Assembly (NCBI GenBank): GCA_963740085.1
Contig: CAVUCU010000001.1
Location: forward strand, 64,001-128,000
From: Nitrospirota bacterium
GTDB taxonomy: Bacteria > Nitrospirota > UBA9217
Direction of reading: 5' to 3'
Length of the DNA stretch: 64,000 nt
Shown here: positions 28,691 through 38,838 of the stretch, in pieces
Numbering within the stretch: position 1 is the stretch's first letter
Layout of the letters: each line of letters opens with the position of its first letter
Translations under genes and position numbers: made by a program
The notes under the pieces: generated by a model
What the model was told of the DNA's origin: nothing
Databases searched by the model: none
The model's input: only the letters and a program-made list of their open reading frames with translations

Positions 28691-29749
28691 CTATTTCACT
28701 TTTCCGGCTTCACCCTTTCCCTCCGTCGTCGCCGGCCGTCGACCTTTTTTCTGTCTCTCGACCATCCACCCCGGATACTCCGAAGGCAGCGCGCTCGCAC
28801 TGTCAAGCTGGGCCACATGCTCGGGAGCAAGTTGTACGTCACTTGCGCCGAGGTTATCGATAAGCTGCTCCCGCGTCTTCGCCCCGATGATAACGCTGGT
28901 GACAAAGGGCCGCGTCAAAAGCCAGGAGAGCGCCACCTGCGCAACCGAGATGCCCATGGACGCGGAAACAACGCGCATTGCCGCAAGCACGATCCTCGTG
29001 CGCTCACGGTCAACCGGTGGAAAATCGTATGTGGTCCGCCGTGCGCCTTCCGGCCCTGCTTTATCCATGTCGAACTTGCCCGAAAGCAGTCCTCCCGCGA
29101 GCGGACTCCAGGGGAGTACGGCGAGGCCCTGGTCCTTCACCAGCGGGACCACCTCGCGCTCGATATCGCGGCCTGCGATCGTGTAGTACATCTGCGCGCT
29201 TACAAACCGCGGGAGCTCGTGTGCGTCCGCGTATGCCAGCGCCTTCATGGCCTGCCAGGCCGTCAGGTTGCAGTAACCGACGTAGCGCGCCTTTCCCGCG
29301 CGCACCACGTCACCGAGTGCGCGTACCGTCTCATCTATGGGCGTTTCACTGTCAAATCCGTGGATCTGATAAAGGTCGACGAAATCCATTTTCAAACGCC
29401 CCAGACTCGCGTCGATCGAATCAAGGATGTGCTTGCGTGACAACCCCACCTGGTTCGGCCCCGGGCCCACCCGTCCGCGCACCTTGGTCGCCACAATGAC
29501 CTGATCGCGCGGACGCCCGAGCGCAGCAAGGGCCGCGCCAACGTGCTTTTCCGACTCACCTTCGGAGTAAACGTCGGCGGTGTCGATAAAGTTCACGCCC
29601 GCGTCGAGCGCCGTTCCTATGAGCGCCTCGGACTCCGACATCGTCAGCTTTCCGATCACCTCCCAGAACCCTTTTCCTCCGAATGTCATTGTTCCAAGAC
29701 ACATCTCAGAGACAAACAAACCTGTTTTTCCTAATGGACGATAGCGCAT
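28691..29749 (-). CDS. Aldo/keto reductase
   Basis: LGTMTFG, FIDTADVY, VATK, DLYQIH and WSPLAGGLLSGK motifs. Confidence 0.93.
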   Translation of the reverse strand: MRYRPLGKTGLFVSEMCLGTMTFGGKGFWEVIGKLTMSESEALIGTALDAGVNFIDTADVYSEGESEKHVGAALAALGRPRDQVIVATKVRGRVGPGPNQVGLSRKHILDSIDASLGRLKMDFVDLYQIHGFDSETPIDETVRALGDVVRAGKARYVGYCNLTAWQAMKALAYADAHELPRFVSAQMYYTIAGRDIEREVVPLVKDQGLAVLPWSPLAGGLLSGKFDMDKAGPEGARRTTYDFPPVDRERTRIVLAAMRVVSASMGISVAQVALSWLLTRPFVTSVIIGAKTREQLIDNLGASDVQLAPEHVAQLDSASALPSEYPGWMVERQKKGRRPATTEGKGEAGKVK

Positions 29750-29838
29750 GGTTTTCTCCTCAAGTGTAATATCCTGGCAGGCTCTCTCTTAGAAGTTTAG
29801 CACGGGGTGTGGGACAAGTCTGCGATGACGCATTAATT

Positions 29839-29910
29839 CGTCATGCGTGTAAAAACGGGCATCAAGCAGAATTCAGGCAATCCTGAATCCCCACCTGTGG
29901 AGAAATGACG
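29839..29910. repeat. Degenerate REP-like palindrome (CGTCAT...ATGACG)
   Basis: CGTCATGCGTGTAAAAACGGGCATC ... GAATCCCCACCTGTGGAGAAATGACG. Confidence 0.4.
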
Positions 29911-29955
29911 CGGATGAGGTAAATAGTATTTCACTGAAAGCAAGCATCCCGGGCT

Positions 29956-32667
29956 TCAGGTGCTGCTGCCTCCCAAAACCTGTTGCAATGTCTCGCCGAG
30001 TTCGGACGGTTTATAGGGCTTCCTGACAACACCGACAAAACCGAAGTCCCTGAAGTTGGCCATTGCCTGATCCTGTGAATATCCGCTCGATACAATCGCC
30101 TTTACATCGGGATCAATTTTACGAAGCCTCTCCATTGTTTCTTTGCCTCCCATCCCCCCTGGCATGGTCAGGTCCATGATAACGGCATGAAAAGGATTTG
30201 CTGTTTGCCGGGCCTGTATATACCTCTTGATCGCCTCATTTCCGTCGCTCGCGTAATCGGCCTCGTATCCCATGGCTCTGAGCATTTCACCGGCAACGTT
30301 CCGCACGATCTCTTCATCGTCCACAACCAGTATCCTTCCTCTGCCTTTCATGAGCTTCTCTGCCTTTGTCTTCGCTTCCGCATTTTCCCTTTCAAGAGCG
30401 GGCAGATACATATGAAACGTCGTCCCCGACCCCAACGCTGATTCAACGGTCATACGTCCGTCATGCCTTTGAACGATGGAGTAAGCACTTGCAAGCCCGA
30501 GACCGCTTCCTTTCTGCTTGGTGGTAAAATAGGGATCGAATATCTTGTTGAGATGCTCTTCACGGATTCCGCTTCCCCGGTCCTGGAAGTCTATTTTCAC
30601 ATACCTGCCGGCTTGCAGTAATAACGTATTTCCCGGTTCGAGCGTCACATTCTCACACAAGATCGTAATGGTACCTCCCTCCGGCATGGCCTGATCGGCA
30701 TTGATAATAAGGTTATTGATGACCTGGCTGATCTGACCTGAATCAACCTCAGCAGGCAGAAGGGGCCCGGCAATCTTGTAGATACATTTCACATCGGAAC
30801 CGCTCAGCGAAAAGGAAGCAGTCTCCTTGATCAACTCCCCGATGTTCACGGCCGTCTTGACAGGAGCCCCGCCCCGGGAGAAGGTGAGCAATTGCCGGGT
30901 CAAGTCTCTCGATCTCAGGGAAGCCTTTTCGGCTTCCACCAGCCATGAGTATATCTTGCTCGCAGGTTCGGCCTGCATTTTGGCCAGCGAAATATTGCCG
31001 AGGATCCCCGTCAACAAATTATTAAAATCATGCGCTATGCCGCCCGCAAGGACCCCGAGCGACTCCAGCTTCTCCCTTTTTAAAAACTCTTCTTCCAGCC
31101 TCTTCCGGTCCGTGATATCCCGTACGATGTCCCGTGAGCCGATTGTCTTTCCATCCTTAATGATCGGCGACGAACTGACCTCAACATCCAGCCAGCGTCC
31201 TTCTCTTGTCTTGATCTTGCCGACGAACTTATCATAGGATTCCTGATTCTTTAATTTTATAAATTCTTTTTCCGATTTCGGCTTTTGTTCCGGCGGGATG
31301 ATATCCAGGATGTTCATGTTCATCAGCTCTTCCTTCGAATACCCGAACAATTCGACCGCTTTTTTGTTCACATCGATATAATTCAGATCAGCATCTACAA
31401 TGAATATTGCATCATTCGCATTTTCAAAAAGATCCCGGTATTTTTCCTCGGATTCTCTCCGTGCTTTTTCCGCGTATGCACGTTCGGTGATATCCTCCCC
31501 GGAACTGAGGCTTCCGACTATGTTGTTTGCCTCATCTCTCAGGAGCGTGTTATGCCATGCGATCATCCTCTGTCGGCCGCTTTTGGTCATGACAGCGTTC
31601 TCATATGTTTCAATCTGCCCGGTTCTTCTGGTCATCAACTCTTTAAAACCGGCCCTGACTTCCTCCCTTTTCTCATCCGGGATGAACACATCGAACCAGT
31701 TTCTGCCGATGACCTCCTGTTCGCCGTACCCTAATATCTCACATCCCTTTTTATTGATAAGCATTACTTTTTCATCGGCATCAATGGCAAGCATGATGAC
31801 CCCTGCGACATTCAGATATTTCCGGACCTTGTCCCTCTCATATCTGAGCAATTCTGCCGCCTTTTTATTTTCAGCGATCTCCTGTTCCAGGTCACGGTTC
31901 ATCTCGACCAGGGCCCCCGTTCGCTCCTTGACCATCATATCGAGTTTATCGCGGGAATTGATCAGTTCTTCCTTCGATTCAAGATCGAAGATATCCAATA
32001 TGTTGATCATGCTGTATGCAATGATCACTGCGCAGAGCGTACGAAAAGCCTGGACGGGGATTCCGGTGATGCCGTTAAAAACAGAATAATTGAAAAGAGT
32101 TGCGGGGAAAAAGTCCGCGCCGGGAACGATCACGCCCGCAAAAAGACCATAGAGGGTAAACGACAGGATCGCGGTCGCGAAATAGAACCGGGGCCGTGCA
32201 GACTTAAATACGGGCAGAACGTTTTTTTGCAGCAGCAGGGTATAGGCCGTCAGAAATATGCCGGGAACACCCAGGAGGTAGCGCGCCCAAATATCTGCCG
32301 TCAAGGAACGCTGCTCGCTGTTCGCTACGATAATTGCCCAAAGAGCGAGTAAAATTGCCGGAGCGACCCTGATGCCGCGATATCTGTTCTTAAAATGATA
32401 TATGCCTTTTGAGCCGAACCTTAAGAGAAAAAGGAACGAAAGGGGGAGCAGGATCGTTCGCGCGAGTCGAACGGCGGTCATTGCAGATGCTTGCTGAGCA
32501 ATGATCAGCATATCTACCCATTCATTCAGGCCGTGCAGTATTGCGAAGCACGCGACAAGCCAGATATTCTTCGCAAGCCAATATCTGCTCTCCTTTTTTG
32601 GATAGAGCGCAACGATCAATCCCAGGCAGAAAAAGGACAACCCGTAAATGAAGAAAATTGCTACCAT
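29956..32667 (-). CDS. Hybrid sensor histidine kinase (multi-TM sensor, 2 PAS, HisKA, HATPase, REC)
   Basis: LAGGIAHDFNN, NADQAM, DRGSG, FDPYFTTK, GLGL and IMDLTMP motifs. Confidence 0.95.
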   Translation of the reverse strand: MVAIFFIYGLSFFCLGLIVALYPKKESRYWLAKNIWLVACFAILHGLNEWVDMLIIAQQASAMTAVRLARTILLPLSFLFLLRFGSKGIYHFKNRYRGIRVAPAILLALWAIIVANSEQRSLTADIWARYLLGVPGIFLTAYTLLLQKNVLPVFKSARPRFYFATAILSFTLYGLFAGVIVPGADFFPATLFNYSVFNGITGIPVQAFRTLCAVIIAYSMINILDIFDLESKEELINSRDKLDMMVKERTGALVEMNRDLEQEIAENKKAAELLRYERDKVRKYLNVAGVIMLAIDADEKVMLINKKGCEILGYGEQEVIGRNWFDVFIPDEKREEVRAGFKELMTRRTGQIETYENAVMTKSGRQRMIAWHNTLLRDEANNIVGSLSSGEDITERAYAEKARRESEEKYRDLFENANDAIFIVDADLNYIDVNKKAVELFGYSKEELMNMNILDIIPPEQKPKSEKEFIKLKNQESYDKFVGKIKTREGRWLDVEVSSSPIIKDGKTIGSRDIVRDITDRKRLEEEFLKREKLESLGVLAGGIAHDFNNLLTGILGNISLAKMQAEPASKIYSWLVEAEKASLRSRDLTRQLLTFSRGGAPVKTAVNIGELIKETASFSLSGSDVKCIYKIAGPLLPAEVDSGQISQVINNLIINADQAMPEGGTITILCENVTLEPGNTLLLQAGRYVKIDFQDRGSGIREEHLNKIFDPYFTTKQKGSGLGLASAYSIVQRHDGRMTVESALGSGTTFHMYLPALERENAEAKTKAEKLMKGRGRILVVDDEEIVRNVAGEMLRAMGYEADYASDGNEAIKRYIQARQTANPFHAVIMDLTMPGGMGGKETMERLRKIDPDVKAIVSSGYSQDQAMANFRDFGFVGVVRKPYKPSELGETLQQVLGGSST

Positions 32668-32905
32668 GGAAACTCCACCTAAACCTTATTCCACGCCTCT
32701 TTTGAGGTACGAGGACAAGTAAGAACGGAAAACGAAACCGAAAATGGCGGGAGAAGAATATCAGGGACATCTGCCGGGGTCGCATGCCCGATCGTACTCG
32801 GAGTATCGTAATAATATCATATTTTAAAAAGACGCTCCCGGTTCCACTTGACCCGATTTATCCGCATCAGTCTTGGGATCAATCTCCGGGGCCGGAATCC
32901 ACGGT

Positions 32906-33880
32906 CTACTTGCCGCTGATTTTAACGATATCGCCCGGTTTGAAACCGGCACCCGACGTGGGGACCGCAATGGACAGATCTGCCTGGTCTCCAAGGTCGT
33001 TCTGCTGCACCAGGGCCTGCCCTATCTTGTTCTCCGTGGTCCCCAGGTTCTGCTTGGTAACGGGATCGATGATCTCCTTGCCCGGCCTGAACACATCAAG
33101 TTTTTCTCCCACGTTCAATCCGGATCTCTGACCGGCATTGATGTAGAGGTTGTTCCCGTCAACCTGGGCGACCCTGCCGTTCCACTTTCGCTTGCCGAGC
33201 TGTTGCATCATATTGACCATGGCCTTGGTGAGGGCGTCCCGAAGGGCGCCATCGCGGAGGTCGGGATCATAAGCCGCCTTGGTCCCCATGCCGAGGACTG
33301 ATCTGACCTGTTTCTCGTAGATCCCCGCGCCTGAATCGGCCAATAACTGGACGCCGGTGGTGGCATCGACGATCCGGTAATCAACGGTGACACGGGCGAT
33401 CTGCTTCCTCCCTTTGCTCACCAGATAATCGTAGCCCTCTTCCGTCTCGGAATAGGCGGTGATCGACCCGGTCACGATCGCATTCAGACCCATGATCTGG
33501 CCCATCTTCGCCGCGGTCTCCGGATTGATTACGCCTGATGCCCCCAACCGCTGCTGCGCAAGGATCGACTGCAGGTCCTGCTGGGGAACGACGATAAATC
33601 GTTCGGTCTTCTGCAGGATCGTTCCCAGGATATCGGCCGCGGCCTCGCCGATCCCGAGGACCTTCGATGGGGTCTTGTTCTGGAAATTGACCACACCGAC
33701 CCTCAGCTTCGGGCCCTTATAGTCCCCCACATCACTTGACGTCTTCAACTGTTGGGACGTATCGGTCAAGGTGGTGTCGTTCTTGACCGCTCCGGACATT
33801 GATGGAGAACAGCCCTCCATGCCGAATGCCGCCATGATAAACAATGCCCCTGTCATCAATAACCATGAAGTATTTTTCAT
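32906..33880 (-). CDS. CsgG/HfaB-family lipoprotein with FlgT_C-like C-terminal beta domain
   Basis: GMEGC lipobox-like; RVGVVNF, ERFIVV, AAKMGQIMG.NAIVTGSIT, DYRIVDATTG; C-terminal LYINAG..SGL.VG and GDIV. Confidence 0.8.
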   Translation of the reverse strand: MKNTSWLLMTGALFIMAAFGMEGCSPSMSGAVKNDTTLTDTSQQLKTSSDVGDYKGPKLRVGVVNFQNKTPSKVLGIGEAAADILGTILQKTERFIVVPQQDLQSILAQQRLGASGVINPETAAKMGQIMGLNAIVTGSITAYSETEEGYDYLVSKGRKQIARVTVDYRIVDATTGVQLLADSGAGIYEKQVRSVLGMGTKAAYDPDLRDGALRDALTKAMVNMMQQLGKRKWNGRVAQVDGNNLYINAGQRSGLNVGEKLDVFRPGKEIIDPVTKQNLGTTENKIGQALVQQNDLGDQADLSIAVPTSGAGFKPGDIVKISGK

Positions 33881-33916
33881 TTGTACCCTCCTTGAATACT
33901 ATTATAACGCAAATAT

Positions 33917-35287
33917 TTATTTGCCATTCGACCCTGTTGACATCAGATCCATGAATCCCCTCGCCTCGGTATAACCTGTCGGTATCTCGAACATCGCGGC
34001 AGCCGGTGTCTTCAATATAATGTTTCTGACTTCCGTCGTGACCTTGTAGTCCCTGTTCCGCACCTCGCTTTTGATGGTCATGCCGTTAAGATCTTTGGCG
34101 TTCCAGATGAAACCCTCCTCGATCTTTCCGTCCTTGTAGATGATTTTCACTTTGAACTTGTCTGCAGGGTGCTTCCCGATGACCTCACTGCCCGCCAGGG
34201 TCTTTTCGACCCTTGGTTTTTCTTCAGCCCTCTCGGTTTCCGTATGGACCATGTATTGACGAGAATCAGGATACAGTGTGTAACTCACCTTCTCGTCTCC
34301 CCTGTTGATCACGACCATCTTGTTGAGCGGCGAAGCAGTGTCGTCCTTCATCATCTTAGACATATCGATGTCCATCCGCACATTGTCGGAAGCGACCGCA
34401 ATCGGGATTTCCATGGAAAAAGGTTCATTCAGGTTTTTATCGAACGATTCTGAATACACGACTGCTGAAAAATCCCTCGTCCCCTGCCAGTCCATGTATC
34501 CGAAAGAAGGCGGTTCGGGCGGCCTGATCTCAGGCATCCCGCTCCCGGGCGCCGGCATCGTTTCAACGGCCCCGGGACCCGGCCCCCAGGGAAGGTTATC
34601 CGTGATCCGCCTGGCCAGTTCCGCTGATTCATAGTCCAAATGGCGCCCAATGGCCTCCGAAAACAGCTTCGTACCAAGACCGATGACAAAGGACTCTCCG
34701 AGCTTCTGGCTTCCCGTAGTCACGCTCTCGATGGTCACCCAGGGAACATCCTTGTCCCGGGCATCGGCGGCCCGTGCCGCAAGCGCCGCGGCTGCGCCGT
34801 ATTGACTCTGCATGATCAATTCGCTCCGCACACCGAGGCCCCGTTCCCAGACAATATCGCCGGTCATGGAATTGACGAGCTTGAACCTGGCCCTGACCTT
34901 CTTTACATTGATCGCGCCGGTCGTCAACTCGTTAAAATCCATAAGAGTTCCATACAGGACCCCCTCAACACCAAGTGTTTCGCCGAGTTTCCCGGGCGTC
35001 GTCAGATCAAGCTGGCCGCCGAGCGTGATACCCATCCGATCGCGAAGGATCTGGTCTGTTTCCTTCACGTCCTTGACCACGTAGGAACGATTTTCCAGCG
35101 CTTCCACCATCCTTTTTCTCAACACAACAGGCCCATCAACATCGTCCGTCTCGTTCTTCAAGGGAAGAACAGCGACTCTCTTCAGGGGATTGCGGACATC
35201 GAACGGAAGCGGAGGGTGATATGCAACGCAGCCCGCCAGAAATATCAACAGAACAAAGAGCAAAGAATATTTACGATACGCGACCAT
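33917..35287 (-). CDS. GNA1162/DUF799-like lipoprotein fused to a DUF4412-like domain
   Basis: FLAGC lipobox; VAVLPLKNETDDVDG, LGVEGVLYG; Pro-rich linker; C-terminal GSEVIGKHPADKF...MFEIPTGY. Confidence 0.7.
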   Translation of the reverse strand: MVAYRKYSLLFVLLIFLAGCVAYHPPLPFDVRNPLKRVAVLPLKNETDDVDGPVVLRKRMVEALENRSYVVKDVKETDQILRDRMGITLGGQLDLTTPGKLGETLGVEGVLYGTLMDFNELTTGAINVKKVRARFKLVNSMTGDIVWERGLGVRSELIMQSQYGAAAALAARAADARDKDVPWVTIESVTTGSQKLGESFVIGLGTKLFSEAIGRHLDYESAELARRITDNLPWGPGPGAVETMPAPGSGMPEIRPPEPPSFGYMDWQGTRDFSAVVYSESFDKNLNEPFSMEIPIAVASDNVRMDIDMSKMMKDDTASPLNKMVVINRGDEKVSYTLYPDSRQYMVHTETERAEEKPRVEKTLAGSEVIGKHPADKFKVKIIYKDGKIEEGFIWNAKDLNGMTIKSEVRNRDYKVTTEVRNIILKTPAAAMFEIPTGYTEARGFMDLMSTGSNGK

Positions 35288-35565
35288 TCGCTGCTCCTTT
35301 TCACGATCTAAAATCACTACGAATTAAAGTGCGCCGGGGCCCTCTGACGAACAGTGATTCCTAACACACCTATGCATCATCTGTCAAGCTCAGAGGCCCG
35401 GGTGATATACCTTTTGTCCCCTGATTCTTGCCCATAAACGATAACGGCCCTGCAATTCCGGAGAAGAAAACCTCTAATCTTATTAGTGAGCATTTTAACG
35501 CAACATTCTGTTATCTCAAATATATATCTACAGCAAAATACTTAACGCATAGGTTCAACGTTCCA

Positions 35566-35598
35566 TTAAAATCCCGCCCCGGAGAATACGGAGCGGGC
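35566..35598 (-). terminator. Probable intrinsic terminator after the TPR-SLH gene
   Basis: Minus strand CCCGCTCCG-loop-CGGGGCGGG followed by ATTTTAA. Confidence 0.45.
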
Positions 35599-35611
35599 CG
35601 TATAGAACTGA

Positions 35612-36763
35612 TTAGAATTTCACCTGGTTCTTGAACACTCGGATAGAGAGAAGCGCATCTGCACCAGAAACCGGGGCATCGGGCTTGAACTCGCCGGTCG
35701 CCTTGTCGGCATCAAGGAATCCCCTCGAGGTTGCGATCATGGCGGCAGTGAAAAAGTGCTGATCGTTCCCGACATCCCGGAAGGGCGATGTGGCCCCCAG
35801 GAACTTGGTGGCCAATTTCTCGTCACCGGACACCTTGATCAGGATGTCTTCGAGCATGAGGGCAAACTCTCCCTTGGTAATGAGCTTGTCGGGCTTAAAC
35901 GTGTTGTTCGATCCCGCCTCGAGACCGCGAACATGGAGCTTGAGCACCAAATCGATACTCGGTTTGAGCCAATGGTTCGCAATGTCGGTCGCAGCCTCCA
36001 TTTTGATGGCCTTTTCATTCTCCATCGTTGTAGAAGATTCCGCCGGTGACTTGAAGGCAGTGTCATCGGTTTTTACGCCCCGTTTGGTAAAGAGCTTTTC
36101 CAGATCCATCTCCTGATCAAAGAGAGCGGCTATATCTGCGCGGTCGATCTTGTCGACGAGGGCTATCTTCCTGCCGATCTCGGTCCCCGGCGCGGCCCGC
36201 TGGATCTTCTGGACCAGGGCCCATTCGGCATTGGCCTCGCCGATGAACTCCTTATTTATGCCCAGAACGGTCTTGAACATGGTCTCAGCCTTGTCGAAGT
36301 CAAGGGCGACCATATAGGCCATCCCCATGAAATAATGGAGCTGCGCGCTGTTCGAATCTTTCATCTGTGCAGCCTTGAACTCATTTTCCGCGTCAGAAAC
36401 CCAGCCCTTTGCCCGCTGCATGCTGTAGAGCCTGATCATGCCGATGTGTCCACCGATCCCCTTATCCAGGCGTTTCCCCTCGGACATGTTATCAAATGCG
36501 GGCTTGTACTCGCCCTTCTTGCCGAATGCCAGTCCTTTGCCGATATAACCGAGCGACGACTTGGGGTCAAGCGAGATGGATCGATCAAAGGACTTCATGG
36601 CTTCATCGATCTGATCATTGTCGAGGTACTTTAATCCATTCCAGTAATGATGCTCGGGTGAGTCCATCAGCGACGTGGGAGGTGCGATCATCCTGCTGCA
36701 CGCGGCAACGAGGAGGGCAAGGGCCGCCACAAGCAATATGAGGCGTTTAATCTGAATAGACAT
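35612..36763 (-). CDS. TPR plus SLH-like domain lipoprotein
   Basis: Start MSIQIK with GGAGG SD; LVAAC lipobox; several TPRs; SLH-like TDIANHW...FKPDKLITKGEFA and FRDV...FKPDAPVSGADA. Confidence 0.8.
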   Translation of the reverse strand: MSIQIKRLILLVAALALLVAACSRMIAPPTSLMDSPEHHYWNGLKYLDNDQIDEAMKSFDRSISLDPKSSLGYIGKGLAFGKKGEYKPAFDNMSEGKRLDKGIGGHIGMIRLYSMQRAKGWVSDAENEFKAAQMKDSNSAQLHYFMGMAYMVALDFDKAETMFKTVLGINKEFIGEANAEWALVQKIQRAAPGTEIGRKIALVDKIDRADIAALFDQEMDLEKLFTKRGVKTDDTAFKSPAESSTTMENEKAIKMEAATDIANHWLKPSIDLVLKLHVRGLEAGSNNTFKPDKLITKGEFALMLEDILIKVSGDEKLATKFLGATSPFRDVGNDQHFFTAAMIATSRGFLDADKATGEFKPDAPVSGADALLSIRVFKNQVKF

Positions 36764-36846
36764 TATCAACCTCCGATCGCTGAGCGAATTTGAAAAGCGG
36801 GGCATATCATCTCTCCCGGATGGCTCCAACACTGCAAACGCCGACG

Positions 36847-37707
36847 TTAATCCACCAGAATAATGACCCTGCACTTCTGGAGCATGCCCAGATTTTCGGA
36901 AGCGCTGTGCAGCATGGCTGCGTCCGCATTGGTGATGACCGTATCCACCCTCGCATCTCCTGCAGCCTTGATCGCCTTTACCATGAGGGGCTTATCCGTT
37001 ACCCGCGGGTTCGCCTGTGCCTGGACAGGGTCTTTGAGATAGCCGACCATCCCCTCGCGTACGGCGTAATCCCTGCTGGCCCAGGCGGAGCCGTAGACCT
37101 CCTTACCGTCTTCGTTCAGGATCTTCGGGGCCATGGCAGGCTTTACACCGAGTCCCCGCGCGTCAACGATCAGTCCGGTATACAGTTGTCCCGGAGAAGC
37201 GGGTTCCAGGGTTCCGGTAAGAGCGGCCGGAGGTGTCGGTGGCGTCTTCGGGAGAAGAGCCTCGGAGAGTGAGCCCATAAGCCTCATCCCCATGGTCACC
37301 TCAACAGAACCGTTGGACAGGTATTTTTCATCCATGATCGTGGCCCCCTGGATGATACCGCTCACCTCGGTACTGATGACATCGCTCGTGAGAATGAAAT
37401 TGTCGACCGTCGCTGTAGAATCAACCCGTACACCCCTTAAAGCCTCGAGCAAGTTCCGGTACGCAACCACCTGTGCCGCACGTTCCGCCATGGCCCTCGC
37501 CTGTGCCGCGTTGGCGGGTTGTGCCGGCGGAGCGCCGATGCCGACCGCCGTCAGCACTCCCGTGGTCCAGTTCATCTTTCCCGAGAATCCCGCTGGCTGC
37601 TCGACATCGTTGATCGTACCCATAAGCTGCGCTGACGCGCTTCCTGCCAGAATGATGGATAGGCTTAAAACGATTATTACGAAAGCTGAGGATATTTTTA
37701 TGAACAT
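36847..37707 (-). CDS. LPP20/FlgP-like secreted protein
   Basis: Signal peptide ending ASA; NWTTG.LTAVGIG, ARAMAERAA.V.AYRNLLE...GVRVDS and YTGLIVDARGL motifs. Confidence 0.7.
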   Translation of the reverse strand: MFIKISSAFVIIVLSLSIILAGSASAQLMGTINDVEQPAGFSGKMNWTTGVLTAVGIGAPPAQPANAAQARAMAERAAQVVAYRNLLEALRGVRVDSTATVDNFILTSDVISTEVSGIIQGATIMDEKYLSNGSVEVTMGMRLMGSLSEALLPKTPPTPPAALTGTLEPASPGQLYTGLIVDARGLGVKPAMAPKILNEDGKEVYGSAWASRDYAVREGMVGYLKDPVQAQANPRVTDKPLMVKAIKAAGDARVDTVITNADAAMLHSASENLGMLQKCRVIILVD

Positions 37708-37900
37708 GACATACCTCCTCCGGTTGATTTTGTGAAATTGATAGATCCAGGAAGCAAAATTGATCCTGACTTCACGTCCTCTGAAATACGTTTACAAATA
37801 ATAATATCGATCCGTGGTTTTTATCATCAGGACACCACTCGGATAACGATGTTTCACGACAAAACAAGAGCTGTGCAGCACGACATTTAAGTACTTAAAA

Positions 37901-37929
37901 ACTATACATAACCGCACGTTACTTGTCAA
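37901..37929 (-). promoter_or_regulatory. sigma70-type promoter about 190 nt upstream of the LPP20-like gene
   Basis: TTGACA-17bp-TATAGT. Confidence 0.55.
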
Positions 37930-37942
37930 GATTGGCGGCCGG

Positions 37943-38665
37943 CTATAGCGCCCGTGCAAGCGTGAACGCCGTCACGTGGGCCGCCCCGCCTTCTTTAAGA
38001 ACGGAAGCACATTCGTTCATAGTTGCGCCCGTCGTAAAAACATCATCAACGAGGACAACGCTCCTGTCCACCACTTCCGCGGGCTGTCTGAGCGCAAAAG
38101 CGCCGGCCACATTCCGTATCCGCTCCGCTCCCGTCAGTTCCACCTGAGGCCGGGTAGGCCTTGTCCGGTACAGGTTGTCGCAGGAGAACGCGATTTGGTG
38201 CGTCTCGCTCATCCTGTGCGCGAGGAGGAGCGCCTGGTTGAAGCCGCGCTCTTTGAGCCTGCTCGCGTGAAGCGGCACCGGCATAACGAGGTCGATGTCC
38301 ATGATGAGACGGACATTCGCTGCCATCCATTCGCCCAGCGGCGATCCCAGGGTCCTGCACGGCCGGTACTTGAACTGGTGCACGGCCTCGCGCAACGAAC
38401 CCTCAAAATATCCGACCGACAATGCCTGATCGAACACAGGAGGCTCGCGCCTGCACGCAAGGCACACCTGATCGGGACTGTGGGCAAGCGTCTCGGGCGA
38501 GTCGAAGGGCCTGCCGCAGCGCGGGCACACCGGCCCCTGTATCGGCATGAAATCAGCCCAGCAGGTGGAGCAGAAAAAAGGGATGTTGGAATCACCAACC
38601 GGATCATTGCAGAAGGAACAGGAGGTAGGAAGAATAAAATCGAGAACGCGACTGAGAAAGCGCAT
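37943..38665 (-). CDS. comF: ComF family protein (double zinc ribbon plus PRTase)
   Basis: CxxC pairs, PVPLH, RGFNQ and LVDDVFTTGAT motifs. Confidence 0.92.
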   Translation of the reverse strand: MRFLSRVLDFILPTSCSFCNDPVGDSNIPFFCSTCWADFMPIQGPVCPRCGRPFDSPETLAHSPDQVCLACRREPPVFDQALSVGYFEGSLREAVHQFKYRPCRTLGSPLGEWMAANVRLIMDIDLVMPVPLHASRLKERGFNQALLLAHRMSETHQIAFSCDNLYRTRPTRPQVELTGAERIRNVAGAFALRQPAEVVDRSVVLVDDVFTTGATMNECASVLKEGGAAHVTAFTLARAL

Positions 38666-38679
38666 GATCCCTCAAAAAC

Positions 38680-38828
38680 TTAAATAACCAAATAACAAAT
38701 TCCAAATCTCAAATAATGTCCAAACTACAAATGCCAAACAGTCTGGTCATTGAGCTTTGTATTTTAGAACTTATTTGCAATTTGATGTTTGTTGATTGGT
38801 GCTTATCTGTTAATTGGTGATTGGAATT
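38680..38828. repeat. Inverted heptamer-repeat arms (AAATNNC)n/(GNNATTT)n
   Basis: AAATAAC C AAATAAC AAATTCC AAATCTC AAATAAT..., mirrored by ...TTTGCAATTTGATGTTTGTTGATTGGTGCTT. Confidence 0.65.
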
Positions 38829-38838
38829 CCTTTTTGCC

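Noticed and set aside
32906-33880. Curli secretion system
   Set aside because: No csgA/B/E/F genes nearby, and the protein has an extra C-terminal domain.
37708-37900. Riboswitch in the long leader
   Set aside because: No recognisable aptamer motifs by eye; an Rfam scan is needed.
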